Shown piece by piece: positions 27,500-37,217 of a stretch of DNA of 38,104 nucleotides. Origin of the DNA: an uncultured Sphingosinicella sp. (GTDB lineage Bacteria; Pseudomonadota; Alphaproteobacteria; Sphingomonadales; Sphingomonadaceae); assembly GCA_964455325.1 (NCBI GenBank), contig CAYVVV010000002.1, positions 1 to 38,104 of the forward strand, in the 5' to 3' direction. Below the pieces are notes generated by a model. It saw only the letters and a program-made list of their open reading frames with translations, was not told the DNA's origin and made no database searches. The position numbers and the translations under genes are program-made. Every line of letters starts with the position of its first letter. Position 1 is the first letter of the stretch.

Positions 27500-28222
27500 A
27501 TGATGCTCGAGCTATTCGCCGCAGCAGCAGCCCCTGTTGGTCTAGGATCGCCCGCCGACATCTGGGCGGCGATCGTCCACGATTTCTCCAACATCACCAC
27601 GCCGTCGGCGCTCGCTGCCTTCGGTCAGGTGCTGATGATCGACATCGTGCTCGCCGGCGACAATGCCATCGTCGTCGGCGCGCTCGCCGCCGGGCTGCCG
27701 CCGGCGCAGCGCCGCCAGGTCATCGCGCTCGGTGTTGCCGCCGCACTGGTGCTGCGCATCGGCTTTGCGCTCGTCGTCTCGTGGCTGCTCGGCATTGTTG
27801 GGCTGATCCTCGCCGGCGGGTTGCTGCTGCTGTGGGTGGCGTGGCGCATGTACCGCGAGCTGCATCCGGCGCCGGTCGAATCGCCAGGCTCTCCCGAGGT
27901 CAAGGGCGACGAACATTCGGGGCTGCGGCCGGCGAAGAGCTTTGCCGCCGCCGCCTGGGCGGTCGCCGTCGCCGACGTCTCGATGAGCCTCGACAACGTG
28001 CTCGCCGTCGCCGGCGCGGCGCGCGACCACCCCGGCATCCTCATCGTCGGCCTCGTCCTGTCGGTAGCGCTGATGGGTATCGCGGCGAACATCATCGCCA
28101 AGTATATCGAACGCTATCGCTGGATCGCCTACGTCGGGCTTGCCGTCATCCTGTGGGTGGCGGTCAAGATGATCTACGACGGTATCGTCGACCCCAACGT
28201 CGGGCTGATGCACCTCGTCTGA
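27500..28222 (+). CDS. TerC/YjbE family membrane protein
   Basis: DIVLAGDNAIV and ADVSMSLDNVLAVAG. Confidence 0.92.
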   Translation: MMLELFAAAAAPVGLGSPADIWAAIVHDFSNITTPSALAAFGQVLMIDIVLAGDNAIVVGALAAGLPPAQRRQVIALGVAAALVLRIGFALVVSWLLGIVGLILAGGLLLLWVAWRMYRELHPAPVESPGSPEVKGDEHSGLRPAKSFAAAAWAVAVADVSMSLDNVLAVAGAARDHPGILIVGLVLSVALMGIAANIIAKYIERYRWIAYVGLAVILWVAVKMIYDGIVDPNVGLMHLV

Positions 28223-28233
28223 GGTGCGGCGCG

Positions 28234-28641
28234 TCAGCGCGCGCTGCCGGCGAGCGTTTCCGCCATCTTCTGCCAGATGAGGTTGATCGCTTTCAGCGGT
28301 CGCACCATCACCTTGAAATCGACGATTGCGCCGGCGTCGTTCCATTCGATCATGTCGATGCCGTTGATGTGGATGCCGTCGATCGCGGCGGTGAACTCGA
28401 GCACCGCTACGTTGCCGTCGACGATGATGCGTTTGTAGTCGAAGCCCGAACCGGCGAAGACATGGCCCGCCGCGTCGAGGTAGGCGAAGGCTCGGTCGCG
28501 GCCCGCCTGCGGCGTGTGCACGACGGGCGAATGGAAGACGGCGTCGTCGGCGAGCTGGGCGCGCAGGTCGGCGGGATCGTGGCGTTCGGCATGGCGCAGC
28601 CAGCGCGCGACGCGCGGGTCGGCGTGCGTCCAGTGGCTCAT
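28234..28641 (-). CDS. NTF2/SnoaL-like fold protein
   Basis: LADDAVFHSPVVHTPQAG, INGIDMI, FKVMVRPLKA. Confidence 0.88.
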   Translation of the reverse strand: MSHWTHADPRVARWLRHAERHDPADLRAQLADDAVFHSPVVHTPQAGRDRAFAYLDAAGHVFAGSGFDYKRIIVDGNVAVLEFTAAIDGIHINGIDMIEWNDAGAIVDFKVMVRPLKAINLIWQKMAETLAGSAR

Positions 28642-29603
28642 GGAACGATCACCGTCGAGCCGGTCGTCCGGCGCGCCTCAAGGTCGTGGTGCAGCTGCAC
28701 GGCATCGGCGAGCGCGTAGCGCTGGTCAATCTCGACCTTTAGAGCGCCCGCCAGCATGTCGAGCACGCGTCGCGTGCCGGCGGCGAAATCGGCGTCGCTT
28801 GCGTAATAGTCGAACAGCGTCGGCCGCGTCGTGTAGAGCGAGCCCTTGGCGGCGAGGATGCCGAAATCGACTTCACCGATCTTGCCCGAGGCGTTGCCGT
28901 AGCTGACGTGAAGCCCGCGCGGACGCAGGCTGTCGAGCGAGCCGAGCCACGTCGCCCGGCCGACGCCGTCGAAGACGACATCGACGCCGCGGCCGCCGGT
29001 GAGTTCGCGTACCTTCGACGGCACCTCGTCGTAGCCAAGCATGTGGTCGGCGCCATGCGCCGTCGCCAGCGCCATCTTCGCGGCGGTGCCCGCCGTGCCG
29101 ATGACGGTCGCGCCGACCGCCTTCAGCCACTGGACGAGGAGCAGCCCGACCCCGCCCGCCGCCGCCTGCACCAGCACGGTGTCGCCAGCGGCCACGCGCG
29201 CGCAGCGTTCGACGAGGAACTCGACCGTCGCCGCCTTGAGCAGCGCCGCTGCGGCGACGTCGTCGGCAAGCCCGTCGGGCAGCCGGATGACGCGCGCGGC
29301 GGGCATCGTGCGATGCGTCGCATAGGCGCCGACGGGGCCGAGGAAGTAGCCGATGCGCTCGCCGACGGCGACGTTGGCGACGCCTTCGCCGACGGCCTCG
29401 ACGACGCCCGCCGCCTCCAGCCCCAGGCCCGACGGCAACGGCAACGGATAGATGCCCGCGCGATGATAGGTGTCGATATAGTTGACACCGATCGCGCTGT
29501 GCCGGACGGCGATCTCGCCGGCGCCCGGCGGTGTCGGTTCGAAATCACGGAACGCGATGACTTCGGGCCCGCCGGTGCGGGCGATCTCGACGCGGGTTGC
29601 CAT
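28638..29603 (-). CDS. qor: NADPH:quinone oxidoreductase (zeta-crystallin/Qor-like)
   Basis: GVNYIDTYHRAG, LGLEAAG, AAAGGVG, VFDGVG, TTGS. Confidence 0.9.
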   Translation of the reverse strand: MATRVEIARTGGPEVIAFRDFEPTPPGAGEIAVRHSAIGVNYIDTYHRAGIYPLPLPSGLGLEAAGVVEAVGEGVANVAVGERIGYFLGPVGAYATHRTMPAARVIRLPDGLADDVAAAALLKAATVEFLVERCARVAAGDTVLVQAAAGGVGLLLVQWLKAVGATVIGTAGTAAKMALATAHGADHMLGYDEVPSKVRELTGGRGVDVVFDGVGRATWLGSLDSLRPRGLHVSYGNASGKIGEVDFGILAAKGSLYTTRPTLFDYYASDADFAAGTRRVLDMLAGALKVEIDQRYALADAVQLHHDLEARRTTGSTVIVP

Positions 29604-29615
29604 TTGCCGTCTCCT

Positions 29616-30119
29616 TCAGAGCATCTTTTGCATGAACACGAGCGTCAGCCACCTGTCGAATTTCCAGCCGACCTCGCGCATGCGGCCGGCCTCGACGAAG
29701 CCGAGCGCCCGGTGAAAGGCGAGGCTCGCGTCATTGCCCGAATCGACACCGCCGATCAGCGTGTGCAGGCCAAGCCCGCGCGCGGCGTCGATGATCGCCG
29801 CCAGCAGCAGACGGCCGTAGCCCTGACCGCGGTGCTCCTTCTCGACATAGACCGAGTGCTCGCCGGTCTTGTGATAGGCAGCGCGGCCGCGGAAGCTGCC
29901 GATGCTGCCGAAGCCAGCAAGCGTACCATCGCGCGCGATGGCGACGAGCACCGGCCAGCCGGCGGCGCGCTTGCCGTCAAACCATTGCGCCAGCTGTGCC
30001 GAATCCCACGGCGCATAGTCGTACCATGCCGTGGTGTTGAGGATGGCGTCGTTGACGATGGCAAGGATGGCGGCAAGGTCGGCTGCGTCGGCCGGCCGCA
30101 CGACCGCCCCCTCAGCCAA
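29616..30119 (-). CDS. GNAT N-acetyltransferase (phosphinothricin acetyltransferase/YncA-like)
   Basis: EHSVYV, HRGQGYG, NDASLAFH, GWKFDRWL. TTG start overlaps the upstream stop. Confidence 0.88.
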   Translation of the reverse strand: MAEGAVVRPADAADLAAILAIVNDAILNTTAWYDYAPWDSAQLAQWFDGKRAAGWPVLVAIARDGTLAGFGSIGSFRGRAAYHKTGEHSVYVEKEHRGQGYGRLLLAAIIDAARGLGLHTLIGGVDSGNDASLAFHRALGFVEAGRMREVGWKFDRWLTLVFMQKML

Positions 30120-30816
30120 GATGCCGCCTGAAGAAGTCGAGCGTGCGGCCGTTGGCGAGCGCGGCCGCTGCATCGTCGCGGTGGATGCCGTCGACGCGCG
30201 CGAAGGCATGGTCGACGCCGGCATAGCTGTGCAGCGTCACCCTCGGGTGCGCGCCAAGACCGTCGCGGATCTTTGTCTGCGCCGCCTTGTCGACGAACTT
30301 GTCCTCCTCGGCGATGTGCAGCATCAGCGGCCGCGCGATGGCATGGCTTTCGCTCAGAAGTCCCTCGATGCCGACGCCGTAATAGCCGACCGAGGCATCG
30401 CAGTCGGTGCGCGCGGCGGCAAGATAGGCGAGCCGGCCGCCAAGGCAGAAGCCGACGACGCCGACCTTGCCGGTCGATGCCGGCAGCGCGCGCACGGCGC
30501 GGATCGCCGCCTCGATGTCGCGGATGCCGGTGTCCTGGTCGAACCGGTTCATCAGCGCGAAGGCGCGGCTCCAGTCGGCGTCGGTCTTGTCGGACAGTTC
30601 GACGCCCGGCTCGATGCGCCAGAACAGGTCGGGCGCAAGCGCGATGAACCCTGCCTTAGCCCAGTCGTCGCACATCGCGCGGATGCCGGCGTTGACGCCG
30701 AAAATCTCCTGCACGACGACGATGCCGGGGAAGCGGCCGGTGCCTGCGGGCATCGCCAGATAACCGCCAAATCGCTCCTCGCCGTCAAGTGTGTCGATGC
30801 GGATGCACTCGCCCAT
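30112..30816 (-). CDS. Dienelactone hydrolase family protein
   Basis: QEIFGVN, APDLFWR, GFCLGG nucleophile elbow, YYG, DHAF. Confidence 0.93.
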   Translation of the reverse strand: MGECIRIDTLDGEERFGGYLAMPAGTGRFPGIVVVQEIFGVNAGIRAMCDDWAKAGFIALAPDLFWRIEPGVELSDKTDADWSRAFALMNRFDQDTGIRDIEAAIRAVRALPASTGKVGVVGFCLGGRLAYLAAARTDCDASVGYYGVGIEGLLSESHAIARPLMLHIAEEDKFVDKAAQTKIRDGLGAHPRVTLHSYAGVDHAFARVDGIHRDDAAAALANGRTLDFFRRHLG

Positions 30817-30879
30817 GGTCCGGCCCTTTCCTCTTGCAGCCCGCTGGTCTAGCGTCGCGCGCCATAACAGGAGCGTGCC

Positions 30880-31125
30880 ATGAAGGTGAATATCGAAATC
30901 GACTGCACGCCCGAGGAGGCGCGCGCGTTCATGGGACTGCCCGACGTCACGCCGCTGCATGCGATCTACCTCGAGCAGATGCAGAAGCTGATGGAAAACG
31001 GCATCACCGCCAACGACGTCGAGAAGCTGATGGCCAACTGGCTGCCCGGCGCGGCGATGGGCTTCGAGCAGTTCCAGAAGGCGATCTGGGGTGCGATGAC
31101 GACCATGACAGGGTCCAAACCGTGA
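30880..31125 (+). CDS. DUF6489-like small protein
   Basis: MKVNIEIDCTPEEARAFMGLPDV with an AGGAG RBS. Confidence 0.85.
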   Translation: MKVNIEIDCTPEEARAFMGLPDVTPLHAIYLEQMQKLMENGITANDVEKLMANWLPGAAMGFEQFQKAIWGAMTTMTGSKP

Positions 31126-31128
31126 TTG

Positions 31129-31146
31129 ATGGCGTCATGACGCCAT
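31129..31146. repeat. Perfect 18-bp palindrome just upstream of mnmE
   Basis: ATGGCGTCATGACGCCAT equals its own reverse complement. Confidence 0.7.
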
Positions 31147-31152
31147 AATTAA

Positions 31153-32463
31153 GTGACTGATAATAATACAATTTTTGCATTGTCATCGGGGCGGCCGCCG
31201 GCCGGCGTGGCGCTGTTTCGGCTGTCCGGACCAGCCACAGCGGCTGCGCTTCGGACGCTCGCCGGGCGCGATTTCGTGCCACGCCGCGCGACGCTGGCGC
31301 GGCTCGCCGACGCCGCCGGAACGCCGCTCGACGACGCGCTCGTCACCTGGTTCCCGGCGCCGCACAGCTTCACCGGCGAGGACGTCGCCGAGATCGGCGT
31401 CACCGGCGGCGCGGCGACGGTGGCTGCAATGCTGGCTGCACTTGGGGAGATCGACGGGCTGCGTCTTTCACGACCGGGAGAGTTCGCGCGGCGCGCGTTT
31501 GACAACGGCAGACTCGATCTCACCGAGGCGGAGGGACTCGCCGACCTCGTCGAGGCGACGAGCGAGGCGCAGCGGCTGCAGGCGCTGCGGCAGGCGTCGG
31601 GCGGACTCAAAGCGCGCGCCGAGGACTGGCATGGCCGGTTGCTCGGCCTGGTCGCGGAGATCGAGGCATCGCTCGACTTCGGCGAGGACGAGGCCGATGT
31701 CAGCGCTGCGATGGTCGGCGACACGGTGCCGGCAATCGCCGACTTAGCCGACGAGATCGAGACCGAGCTCGGTCGCTACCGCTTCGCCGAGCGGCTGCGG
31801 CGCGGCGTCAATATCGTCGTCGTCGGTTCGCCGAACGCAGGAAAATCTAGTCTTGTGAATGCGTTGGCGAGGAGGGACGTGGCGATCGTGTCGCCTGAGG
31901 CGGGAACGACGCGCGACCTTATCGAAGTACAGCTCGACCTCGGCGGTATCCCCGCAGTGCTCGTCGACACCGCCGGGCTGCGCGACGCACCCGCCGGTGC
32001 GGTCGAATCCGAAGGCATCCGTCGCGCCCGCGCGCGCGCCGAAGACGCCGACATCGTCGTGCATGTGCTCGGCGACGGCGAGGTGCCTGTGACTGGCGCG
32101 CTCGCGGTCCGGAGCAAGGCCGATCTGCGCAGCGGTACGAACCGGGAGCCGGCAGGCTGTGACGGCGCGCTCGACGTGTCGGCGCTGACCGGCGCCGGCA
32201 TTGCCGCGCTCGAGGCCGAGCTTGCCCGGCGCGCGGCGGCGCTGACCGGCGCCGGCGAGGAAGCGCTGGTAACGCGCGAGCGTCAGCGTGCAGCGCTTGC
32301 AGCGTGCGTTGCCGAACTGCGGGCGGCGGCCGCGGAGGCGGAAACCGTGCTGCGCGCGGAGGCGCTGCGGCAGGCGCTGCACGCGCTCGGTGAACTGACC
32401 GGGCGCACCACTGCCGAGCGCATCCTCGACGTCGTCTTCTGCCGCTTCTGCATCGGCAAGTGA
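31153..32463 (+). CDS. mnmE: tRNA U34 modification GTPase MnmE
   Basis: TIFALSSG, SFTGED, GSPNAGKSS, GTTRD, DTAG, C-terminal FCIGK. Confidence 0.96.
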   Translation: MTDNNTIFALSSGRPPAGVALFRLSGPATAAALRTLAGRDFVPRRATLARLADAAGTPLDDALVTWFPAPHSFTGEDVAEIGVTGGAATVAAMLAALGEIDGLRLSRPGEFARRAFDNGRLDLTEAEGLADLVEATSEAQRLQALRQASGGLKARAEDWHGRLLGLVAEIEASLDFGEDEADVSAAMVGDTVPAIADLADEIETELGRYRFAERLRRGVNIVVVGSPNAGKSSLVNALARRDVAIVSPEAGTTRDLIEVQLDLGGIPAVLVDTAGLRDAPAGAVESEGIRRARARAEDADIVVHVLGDGEVPVTGALAVRSKADLRSGTNREPAGCDGALDVSALTGAGIAALEAELARRAAALTGAGEEALVTRERQRAALAACVAELRAAAAEAETVLRAEALRQALHALGELTGRTTAERILDVVFCRFCIGK

Positions 32464-32465
32464 AA

Positions 32466-32481
32466 TGTTCCACGTGAAACA
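32466..32481. promoter_or_regulatory. parS centromere site (intergenic, mnmE-mnmG)
   Basis: TGTTCCACGTGAAACA matches the consensus TGTTNCACGTGAAACA. Confidence 0.92.
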
Positions 32482-32546
32482 TCGGTGGTGCATGAGCTGC
32501 ATGACGCACGTCGACTTGACGATGACCATGCGCTAGACGGTCGGGT

Positions 32547-34388
32547 GTGGACAGGTTTGATGTGATCGTCGTCGGCGGCGGGCACGCCGGATGCGAGGCA
32601 GCGGCGGCGGCAGCACGCATCGGCGCGCGCGTCGCGCTGGTGACGCCGCGTGCGGCGATCGGCGTGATGTCATGCAACCCGGCAATCGGCGGGCTGGGCA
32701 AGGGCCACATCGTTCGCGAGATCGATGCGCTCGGCGGGCTGATGGCAGAGGCAGCCGACGCGGCGGCGATCCAGTACCGCCTGCTCAACCGCCGCAAGGG
32801 GCCGGCGGTCCAGGGACCGCGCGTGCAGGCCGACCGCGGCCGCTACAGGCGCTGGATGCAGGCGGCAATCGCGCGCATTGCCAGGCTTCGTGTCATCGAT
32901 GCGCGCGTCGCTGACCTGGCCGTCGATCAGGGTGCGGTCAACGGCGTCGTCCTCGAGGACGGCAGCGCGCTGGCAGCGCGCGCGGTCGTGCTGGCGACGG
33001 GCACGTTTCTGGGCGGTGTCATGTACGTCGGCGACGCGCGCAGCGAAGGGGGACGCGCCGGCGAGGCGTCGTCACTGGCGCTGGCGCGGCGGCTGCGCGA
33101 CCTCGGCTTGCCGATGGGACGGTTAAAGACGGGGACGCCGCCGCGGCTCGACGGACGCAGCATCGACTGGACGCGTGTTGACTGGCAGCCTGGCGACGAC
33201 GCGCCAGAATTTTTTGCGCGGGCGACGACACGGCTCGCCAATCCGCAGCTGGCCTGCGGAATAACGCGGACGAATGTGCGAACGCACGCGATCATCCGCG
33301 ACAATATCGCCGAAAGCGCGGTCTATGGAGGCCGCATCGACGGCACCGGTCCGCGCTATTGCCCGTCGATCGAGGACAAGGTGATGCGCTTCGGTGACCG
33401 CGATGGCCATCAGATCTTCCTCGAGCCGGAGGGACTCGACGACCCGCTCATCTATCCCAATGGCATTTCGACGTCGCTGCCGCTCGATGTGCAGACCGCG
33501 TTCGTGCGGACCATTGCCGGGTTGGAGCGCGCCGAAATCGCGCGGCCTGGCTATGCGATCGAGTACGACTACGTTGATCCGCGCGCGCTGACGCCGGCGC
33601 TGCAGTTGCGTGCGCTGCCGGGGCTCTACTGCGCCGGGCAGATCAACGGCACGACCGGCTACGAGGAGGCGGCGGGGCAGGGTCTGCTCGCCGGGATCAA
33701 TGCCGCGCTCGCCGCGCTCGGCCGGCCGCCAGCGACGTTCGACCGCGCCGAATCATACATCGGCGTGATGATCGACGATCTGGTGACGCAGGGTGTCAGC
33801 GAGCCGTACCGCATGTTCACGTCGCGCGCCGAGTATCGTCTGCACCTGCGTGCCGACAACGCCGACCAGCGGCTGACGCCAAAGGCGATCGCGCTCGGCC
33901 TCGTTGCGGGCGACAAGGCGCGCGCGTTCTCGCAGCGTCGCGCGGCGCTCGACGCCGGACGGTCGCTGCTCGACGCGACGGCGACGCCGGCAGCATTGCG
34001 CAAGGCCGGACTAGCCGTCCGCCAGGACGGCGTCACGCGGACGGCGTTCGAATGGCTGCGCTTTGCCGAGGTCGACTGGGCGTCGGCGACGACGGTCTGG
34101 CCGGCGCTGGCGACGATCCGCGCCGACATCGCGCAACAGCTCGCGGTCGATGCGCGCTATGCCGTCTATCTCGAACGGCAGGCGCACGACATCGCCGCCT
34201 TCCGCGCCGACGAGGCACTGCGCCTGCCTGCCGATCTCGACTATGCGTCGGTCGGCGGTCTCTCGAACGAGATGGTCGAACGATTGAAACGCGCGCGACC
34301 GGAAAGCCTTGGCGCCGCGGCGCGTGTTGCCGGTGTGACGCCAGCCGCACTGTCCGCGCTGCTGCGCCATGTCAAACGCGCTGCCTGA
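32547..34388 (+). CDS. mnmG: tRNA uridine-5-carboxymethylaminomethyl enzyme MnmG (GidA)
   Basis: [50 protein letters not shown]. Confidence 0.97.
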   Translation: MDRFDVIVVGGGHAGCEAAAAAARIGARVALVTPRAAIGVMSCNPAIGGLGKGHIVREIDALGGLMAEAADAAAIQYRLLNRRKGPAVQGPRVQADRGRYRRWMQAAIARIARLRVIDARVADLAVDQGAVNGVVLEDGSALAARAVVLATGTFLGGVMYVGDARSEGGRAGEASSLALARRLRDLGLPMGRLKTGTPPRLDGRSIDWTRVDWQPGDDAPEFFARATTRLANPQLACGITRTNVRTHAIIRDNIAESAVYGGRIDGTGPRYCPSIEDKVMRFGDRDGHQIFLEPEGLDDPLIYPNGISTSLPLDVQTAFVRTIAGLERAEIARPGYAIEYDYVDPRALTPALQLRALPGLYCAGQINGTTGYEEAAGQGLLAGINAALAALGRPPATFDRAESYIGVMIDDLVTQGVSEPYRMFTSRAEYRLHLRADNADQRLTPKAIALGLVAGDKARAFSQRRAALDAGRSLLDATATPAALRKAGLAVRQDGVTRTAFEWLRFAEVDWASATTVWPALATIRADIAQQLAVDARYAVYLERQAHDIAAFRADEALRLPADLDYASVGGLSNEMVERLKRARPESLGAAARVAGVTPAALSALLRHVKRAA

Positions 34389-35016
34389 TGGCCGCGCCGC
34401 GTTCGCGGCCGCGTTCGATGTTTCACGTGAAACACTCGCCAAGCTCGATCGCTATGCCGAACTGCTCGCCGAGTGGCAGGCGCGCTACAATCTCGTTGGT
34501 CCGGCGACGCTTGCCGACGTCTGGACGCGCCACTTTGCCGATTCGGCGCAGCTTGCCGCCCTGGTACCGCGCCAGTCACGCTGGCTCGACATCGGCAGCG
34601 GTGGCGGCTTTCCCGGCATGGTTGTCGCGCTGCTTACCGGCGATTCGCTGTGCCTCGTCGATTCGGTGCGCAAGAAGACGGCGTTCCTTGAGGTCGTGCG
34701 TGATGAGCTGGAGCTTGGCGGCTGTGTCGAGGTGCGAACGGACCGTGTTGAATCAATGAGTTCTGAGAAGTTCGACGTCATCACCGCGCGCGCCTGCGCA
34801 CCGCTCTCCAAGCTGTTTGACTGGGGCCTTCGCCATGCGGCACAGTCGACACTATGGCTTTTGCCGAAGGGGGCGAGCGTCAGCGACGAAATCGCTGAAG
34901 CGGCGCGTCGCTTCGACTTCGCGCACGAGCTGATCGCGAGCCAGACCGATGCCCGGGGCAGGATCGTCAAGGCTTGGAACGTGCGCAGGCGGGGCAAAGG
35001 GCGGGGACATCAATGA
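34369..35016 (+). CDS. rsmG: 16S rRNA m7G527 methyltransferase RsmG (GidB)
   Basis: [29 protein letters not shown]. Confidence 0.94.
   Translation: MSNALPDGRAAFAAAFDVSRETLAKLDRYAELLAEWQARYNLVGPATLADVWTRHFADSAQLAALVPRQSRWLDIGSGGGFPGMVVALLTGDSLCLVDSVRKKTAFLEVVRDELELGGCVEVRTDRVESMSSEKFDVITARACAPLSKLFDWGLRHAAQSTLWLLPKGASVSDEIAEAARRFDFAHELIASQTDARGRIVKAWNVRRRGKGRGHQ
34419..34434. promoter_or_regulatory. parS centromere site inside rsmG
   Basis: Perfect palindrome TGTTTCACGTGAAACA, within the codons for DVSRET. Confidence 0.93.
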
Positions 35017-35795
35017 TTCGACTGGCCATTGCGAACCAGAAGGGCGGTGTCGGCAAGACAACGACGGCCATCAACGTGGCAACCGCGATTGCCGCAACCG
35101 GCCGCCGCGTGCTGATTGTTGACCTCGATCCGCAGGGCAACAGCTCGACCGGGCTCGGTCTCGAGCAGGCGGCGCGGACGCGCACCAGCTATGACGTGCT
35201 GATTGGCGCGGCGAGCGCCGCCGACAGCGTCGCGGCGACGCCGATTCCGCGCCTGTCGATCATTCCGTCGACCGTCGACCTGTCGGGTGCCGAGATTGAG
35301 CTCGTCGAACTCGAGGGGCGTATGCACCGGCTCGCGCGCGCGCTCGACGCGCCCGAAATGCGCATCTACGACTATGTCATCATCGATTGCCCGCCGTCGC
35401 TGGGGCTGCTGACGATGAATGCGCTGGTGGCGGCGCACTCGCTGCTGGTGCCGCTGCAATGCGAGTTCTTCGCGCTCGAGGGTCTCAGCCAGCTGCTCAA
35501 TACGGTTGAGCGCGTGCGCGCGACGTTCAACGCGCGGCTGAACATCGTCGGCGTCGTGCTGACCATGTTCGACCGGCGCAACCGCTTGTCCGAACAGGTC
35601 GCCGCCGACGTCCGCGCTTGCCTCGGCAAGGTCGTGTTCGACACCGTCATTCCGCGCAACGTGCGCCTTTCGGAAGCGCCAAGCCACGGTCTGCCGGCGC
35701 TCGTCTATGACCATCGCTGCGCCGGTTCTGAAGCCTATATCGAGCTGTCGCGCGAGCTGCTCAGCCGCACCGAACCGCAGGCAAGGGCCGCGTAA
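35013..35795 (+). CDS. parA: Chromosome partitioning ATPase ParA
   Basis: NQKGGVGKTT, DLDPQGN, DCPPSLG, IPRNVRLSEAPS. Confidence 0.96.
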   Translation: MIRLAIANQKGGVGKTTTAINVATAIAATGRRVLIVDLDPQGNSSTGLGLEQAARTRTSYDVLIGAASAADSVAATPIPRLSIIPSTVDLSGAEIELVELEGRMHRLARALDAPEMRIYDYVIIDCPPSLGLLTMNALVAAHSLLVPLQCEFFALEGLSQLLNTVERVRATFNARLNIVGVVLTMFDRRNRLSEQVAADVRACLGKVVFDTVIPRNVRLSEAPSHGLPALVYDHRCAGSEAYIELSRELLSRTEPQARAA

Positions 35796-35815
35796 GTCAC
35801 TGAAAGAAAAAGACT

Positions 35816-36727
35816 ATGTCACAGGCTAAACGACCAACCGGGCTTGGACGCGGGCTGTCGGCGCTGCTTGAGGAGATGGGTGCCGGCATCGGCCAGCCGG
35901 CACCGCAGCCGGCTGCGGTCGTGCCTGATCCGGCGACACATGCGATGGGTGCGCAGATGCTGTCGATGGCGATGATCTCGCCCAACCCCCGGCAGCCGCG
36001 ACGTCACTTCGACGTCGATGCGCAAACGGAGCTGATCGCGTCGGTCAAGCGGCAAGGCCTGCTGCAACCCATTCTCGTGCGCCCGCTCGATGGCGGTCGC
36101 TTCGAGATCGTCGCCGGTGAACGGCGCTGGCGCGCGGCGCAGGCGGCGCAGCTACACGACGTTCCCGTGCTGGTTCGCCGCCTCAGCGACGAGGAGGCGT
36201 TCGAGGTCGCGCTCGTCGAAAACGTGCAGCGTCAGGACTTGAACCCGATCGAGGAGGCCGAGGGTTATCGCCATCTCATCGAGGACTATGGCCACACGCA
36301 GGAGGACATCAGCCGCATGGTGGGCAAGTCGCGCAGCCACGTCGCCAACATGGTACGCCTGCTCGAGCTGCCGGCCGACGTGCGCGCTTTGGTCATCGAG
36401 GGCAAGCTGACGATGGGACACGCGCGCGCGCTGCTCGCCGCGCCCAACCCGTCGGCGCTGGCGCGGCAGGTGGTCGAGGAGGGGCTGTCGGTGCGCCAGG
36501 TGGAGGCCGCCGCTAAGGGGGCCGTGAAACCGTCGCGCGCCGGCGCGGAGCGGCGCGAGCGCATCCGCAACGCCGACGAGGAGGCGCTCGAACGGCAGCT
36601 CGCCGAGCAGCTTGGCCTGCGCGTCAGGCTCGAGTTCGACGGCGAGGGCGGGCGGCTGACCTTGCACTACAGCGACCTCGACCAGCTCGACATGCTCTGT
36701 CAGCGGCTGTCGGGCGAGCGGTTCTGA
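35816..36727 (+). CDS. parB: Chromosome partitioning protein ParB
   Basis: [31 protein letters not shown], and [12 protein letters not shown]. Confidence 0.96.
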   Translation: MSQAKRPTGLGRGLSALLEEMGAGIGQPAPQPAAVVPDPATHAMGAQMLSMAMISPNPRQPRRHFDVDAQTELIASVKRQGLLQPILVRPLDGGRFEIVAGERRWRAAQAAQLHDVPVLVRRLSDEEAFEVALVENVQRQDLNPIEEAEGYRHLIEDYGHTQEDISRMVGKSRSHVANMVRLLELPADVRALVIEGKLTMGHARALLAAPNPSALARQVVEEGLSVRQVEAAAKGAVKPSRAGAERRERIRNADEEALERQLAEQLGLRVRLEFDGEGGRLTLHYSDLDQLDMLCQRLSGERF

Positions 36728-36730
36728 CTG

Positions 36731-36755
36731 TGTCCCCGCCCGCTGCGGGCGGACA
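36731..36755. terminator. GC hairpin between convergent parB and mscL
   Basis: CCGCCCG-CTG-CGGGCGG core flanked by TGTCC/GGACA. No clear U-tract. Confidence 0.35.
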
Positions 36756-36768
36756 GGGACGGCAACGG

Positions 36769-37191
36769 TCATTTTTTCAGCGAATCGCGGATCTCGCGCA
36801 GCAGCAGCACCTCCTCGGCAGGCGCCGCCGGCGCTTCCTCGGCCTGCCTCATCAGCTTGCCCGCCTGCCGCACAAGCAGGAAGATGATGAAGGCCAGGAT
36901 CAGGAAGTTGACCACGGCGGTCAGGAAAGCGCCCCAGCCGAGCATGGCGACGCCGGCCTGCTTGAGCGCGGCATAGTCGCTCGGCGAGCCGGCATAACCT
37001 TCGGGGATTGGTCCCAGCCGGATGAACAGGCTGGAGAAGTCGAGGCCGCCGAAGATCGCGCCGACGACGGGCATGATGACGTCCTGCGTCAACGAGGTGA
37101 CGATGGTGCCGAACGCGCCACCAATGATGACCGCGACGGCAAGGTCAAGAACATTGCCCTTAGCAATAAACGCCTTGAATTCGTTCAGCAT
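36769..37191 (-). CDS. mscL: Large-conductance mechanosensitive channel
   Basis: [21 protein letters not shown] and LLREIRD. Confidence 0.96.
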   Translation of the reverse strand: MLNEFKAFIAKGNVLDLAVAVIIGGAFGTIVTSLTQDVIMPVVGAIFGGLDFSSLFIRLGPIPEGYAGSPSDYAALKQAGVAMLGWGAFLTAVVNFLILAFIIFLLVRQAGKLMRQAEEAPAAPAEEVLLLREIRDSLKK

Positions 37192-37217
37192 TTCTCCTCT
37201 CCCAGCCGATTGTCCAC

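Noticed and set aside
26191-27600. 469-aa ORF antisense to rho
   Set aside because: Shadow of a highly codon-biased core gene.
32180-32256. 20-bp direct repeat CGGCGCTGACCGGCGCCGGC in mnmE
   Set aside because: Only two in-frame, very GC-rich copies encoding ALTGAG. This is not a CRISPR array or a mobile-element end.
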